The translations under genes and the position numbers were made by a program. Shown here in pieces: positions 60,702 through 64,000 of a stretch of 64,000 nucleotides of DNA. Below the pieces are notes generated by a model, which made no database searches, was not told where the DNA came from, and saw only the letters and a program-made list of their open reading frames with translations. The number at the start of each line of letters is the position of its first letter. Within the stretch, counting starts at the first letter, position 1. Source of the DNA: Macrostomum hystrix (taxonomy: Eukaryota; Animalia; Platyhelminthes); the NCBI GenBank assembly GCA_950097015.1, contig CATNEN010000003.1:8618001-8682000 (forward strand), given 5' to 3'.

Positions 60702-63659
60702 TTAATTGTCATCGATAAGTGGCTCCGTCTCCGAGGTCTCCCGCGGCGCCTCCTCCTTACGGCCCGCGCCGCTGTACAACAGGAGGCCAAGCCGATTGGC
60801 CGAGTTGGCGCCAACGCCGCAGCCGCTGCAGTCCACAATCCTGTCCGGCTTGCACATCCGGTACAGACGGTGCAGCACCTGGGATTCGGCTAGCCGCAGG
60901 TCCGACTCGCTCAGCTTCTCCCGCATCAGCAGGACGGCCAGTGACCTGCGGCGCATGAACAGCGACTCGCTGCTCCACTGGGCGCTGTACATGTTGAGCC
61001 TGTTCTCCAGGAAGCCCCTGCTCAGCACCAGCACCGCGTGCCTGCTCTTGTCTATGGCCGAGGCCGCCTCGTCCAGGATGTTGGCGCCGACGGGCGCGTC
61101 TCGCTCCGCTTCGTACAGGCGGAGCTGCAGGTCCGACTCGAGCTTGAGAACCAGGGCCTGCACCCACTCCGTCACCGCGTTGTCCGACTCGTCGTAGATG
61201 AAGCAGGCGCTGCGGGATTTTAGTGCATATGACGGGGAATAAAATTACTCAGACGAATATCCTATCTTTGGAACGGTGGGAGTTCAGGCGGGATTGCCTT
61301 CTCGCTGCCTCGATTCGACTTGTTGTCTAAATGATGTGTCAGTGCTCAAATTCATTGCTATGTCCTATCGAGAGCCCAATTAATCCAAGCAATTCCGTAC
61401 AGGAAAATTGAGATGTACTCACTCATAGACCCATTCAGTGGGCACTTTGCGTATTAACAGACCATACCGAATGCAGAAGGCAAGCAGTGTGTACCTCAGC
61501 TTCCATCGGTAGCGCACAATCAGACTAATGAGGCTGAACAACACAATCAGGCATCCTATAGAAGAGGACAGAAGTACAATGAGCCGCCTGTTGTAGCAGT
61601 CCCACCAGGATAGGCGGAAGTCTATCACCCGGATGCTTGTATTGTAACAGTTGGCATCCAGGAGCCAGTCAGCTTTGCTCTCCAACTTGTACAGGGGCCA
61701 TTGCTGCCTAATCCAGTTTGCGAATGGTAGCAGCTCGCAGTTGCAGGCAAACTGGTTGCGGCCCAGCCTGATGCGGATATTTGCAATGCGGCTGAATGTC
61801 AGTGGGTCAACGCTTGCTAGTGGCACCTGCATTAAGCGCAGCTCTTGAAGCCTTGGCGTCTGAGACACTAGCAGATTCACTGGAATGCTAGAAAATTTGT
61901 TACCCTGGACATCAAGAAAATTTAGGCTTGGAAATTTTCTGCTCAAAAAGAATTCGATTCGAGTCATGGCATTATTGGCAAGATGCAACATTGTCAGAGT
62001 CGGTAGCTTGGCTAATAAAGCCTTAACCATTCCGTCTGACTGCGAACCAAAGTTACACCCGGTGAGGTCCAGCTCTTGAATGCCAGTAAGCGGATCAAAG
62101 AACTGATGCCCGTGGCATTCTTTTTTATTTAAAAAATTATTGTGAGACAGACTGAGCACTCTTAGCTTTGAGCAGTTGCGAAACCATGTTCGACCAATCG
62201 GACAAGGAGTCTTGAGTTTTTGCACGTCAACCAGATTATTGAGGTACAAAGCCGTCAGATTCGGTTGGTCGACAAACGCGTTGACAAGAGGTTCATAGTA
62301 CCAGATATTTATCAGTTTCAAGGTTTCGAGGCCAGGCAAAATGCCTCTCAGATCTGTTGCCCCCAGCCTTATGGGGTTATAACTAAGGTCCAGGTAGGTG
62401 ATTTGACTCTGATTAATGAGCAGTTCCTTTGGGAATTCGCTTAGCGTGTTATGGATCAGCCGAAGATTGCTCAACTGCGTTAGGCGGCTGAACGCATGCG
62501 GTGGCAGATCTTCGTTGCTCAGTTTGCAGTTGGTCATCGACAGCAGGAACAGCTGGGGACAATCAAAGTACCTGTCGGCATCCGAGAAACTGATTCGCGA
62601 GTGACTCAGCGATAAGCGTCTAAGCAGAGGCAGCGATCTGCATAGTGCGTTGAACTCCTCAAATGGAAAGCCTTGCTTCTTATAGTTGAACTCTAGTGCG
62701 AGGGTTCTCATTTGAAGAGGTTCTCTAACGTGAGAGATGGCACTGAGCAGTTTTGGCAGCAGTTTTTCATCGAGTCCCGCTCCAGTCACGGAGACGTCTT
62801 TCAGCGTCAAGTTTTGAAATGGCGTCGGTCCAATACTAACTAACCGGGTGCTATGAAATTGCAATTTGTATAGGTCGAAGCCTTTTAATCGTGCCGGACC
62901 ATCTAAGCTGAATTTTTGTGTGCCACTGTCGGAAAACAATAACTCCAGCGCGCTCTTGGTTCCGAGATTGTTGAAGGACAAGCTCGAGAAGTTGCCGTTG
63001 ACCTTCGGCAGGCTGCCGTGCCAACGAAAGGCAAATGATAGCGAGCTCGTGTTCAGCACTAGGTCGATTCGATCAAACAGCTTTGGAGAAAAAACTACAG
63101 TGAACAGTTTCAATGCCGTCAATCTCAGTAGCGATCTAGGTCCGAAGCGTCGTTCCTTGACTTCGGCGGCCATGCCTTGGATAAGAATTTCTGTCAACCC
63201 TACCGGACAGCAGAAAATGTCTGAGAATTGTTCCAGGTCCATTGACATGTTACTGGATCGCAGCGCAAAGGCAGAAAGCTTTGGCAGTTTTGAAAAAACA
63301 CGAACCTGGTTAAACACGAAGCTGCAGAATGGGCCGATGCTTAGCTCCTTGATGCGACGCCACTGCTCATGGCGGAACAGGTCCGAAGTGAACTCAATGA
63401 TTGGATGTATCGAGCTACGTTGATTGCAGCTCAAGACTACTTTTCTCAGCGGACAGCTGTTCGGGTCGATTGAAGCGCCGATAGCGTCCATGCCTGCTTG
63501 GCTGAAGCAGTTCTGCATTGCTAAGCAAGTGAGAACTGTTTCGTCGTCTCTAAGGCTGCAGTCGCATTGCTCGGGGAACCTGCAAGGCACAGGTGAATCG
63601 GAGGCTTCACTGCCGGCGAATAGGTACAGTACGAGCAGGACTCTCAGACCAGTACTCAT
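60702..63659 (-). CDS. Toll-like receptor (signal peptide, LRRs, single LRRCT, TM, TIR)
   Basis: Exons 63659-61423 and 61209-60702 (phase 2, GTGAGT..CCCGCAG). Splicing rebuilds TIR box 1 VYDACFIYDE; box 2 LYEAERDAPVG; SAIDKSRHAVLVLSRGFL. Ectodomain has LxxLxLxxN repeats and NQFACNC..C..C; TM LIVLLSSSIGCLIVLFSLISLIV followed by RYRW. Confidence 0.9.
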
Positions 63660-64000
63660 TGCCTTGTATCCAGATCAGTTGCGAAATTCTAGCCTCAGTT
63701 AATGAAATTCGATCGCTAAAGCGAGCGACAGCGATAAGGTAGAACGCAGTTAGCGTTTTAGTAGAAACGTTTGTCCTATGTATAAGTTATCAAAATAACA
63801 AACTCTGTGCCACTGATTTTGTGATGCGAAATAAATTAAGACCCAGGCACTCGCGCCTGATGTGTAGAACTGTAATCTACTGGACCATCTTCATATACGA
63901 GTACGTAGATGCCAAATTTTCATGCGATTCGCCTTTGACCTACATATAGAATCAAACGATATTTTAACTGGCACTGAACAGTTAATGTAATCGGGAAATT

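Overview
Eukaryotic (animal) genomic DNA, not prokaryotic: GT-AG introns, tRNA-derived SINEs, TIR elements and dense 12-35 nt minisatellite arrays. The style suggests a free-living flatworm such as Macrostomum, but that is inference only. I reconstructed eight protein-coding genes by hand from in-frame splice sites: a divergent Mps1/TTK-like kinase, DHX36, a PXMP2/Mpv17-family protein, two tandem hnRNP A1-like paralogs, a ~1300-aa protein that appears to fuse a CECR2/RSF1-type DDT-WHIM (ISWI-binding) module to BCL9/Legless HD1-HD3, a three-domain WCPHC/KDEL PDIA5-like oxidoreductase with UPRE and ERSE-like promoter elements, and a complete Toll-like receptor (LRR-TM-TIR). The most interesting candidate is the DDT/WHIM-BCL9 fusion. 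Three TIR elements have intact 8-bp target-site duplications; one carries a Merlin transposase remnant and one hAT element carries a minisatellite. Many long ORFs in the supplied track are artefacts of tandem repeats. All domain calls come from remembered motifs, not database searches.
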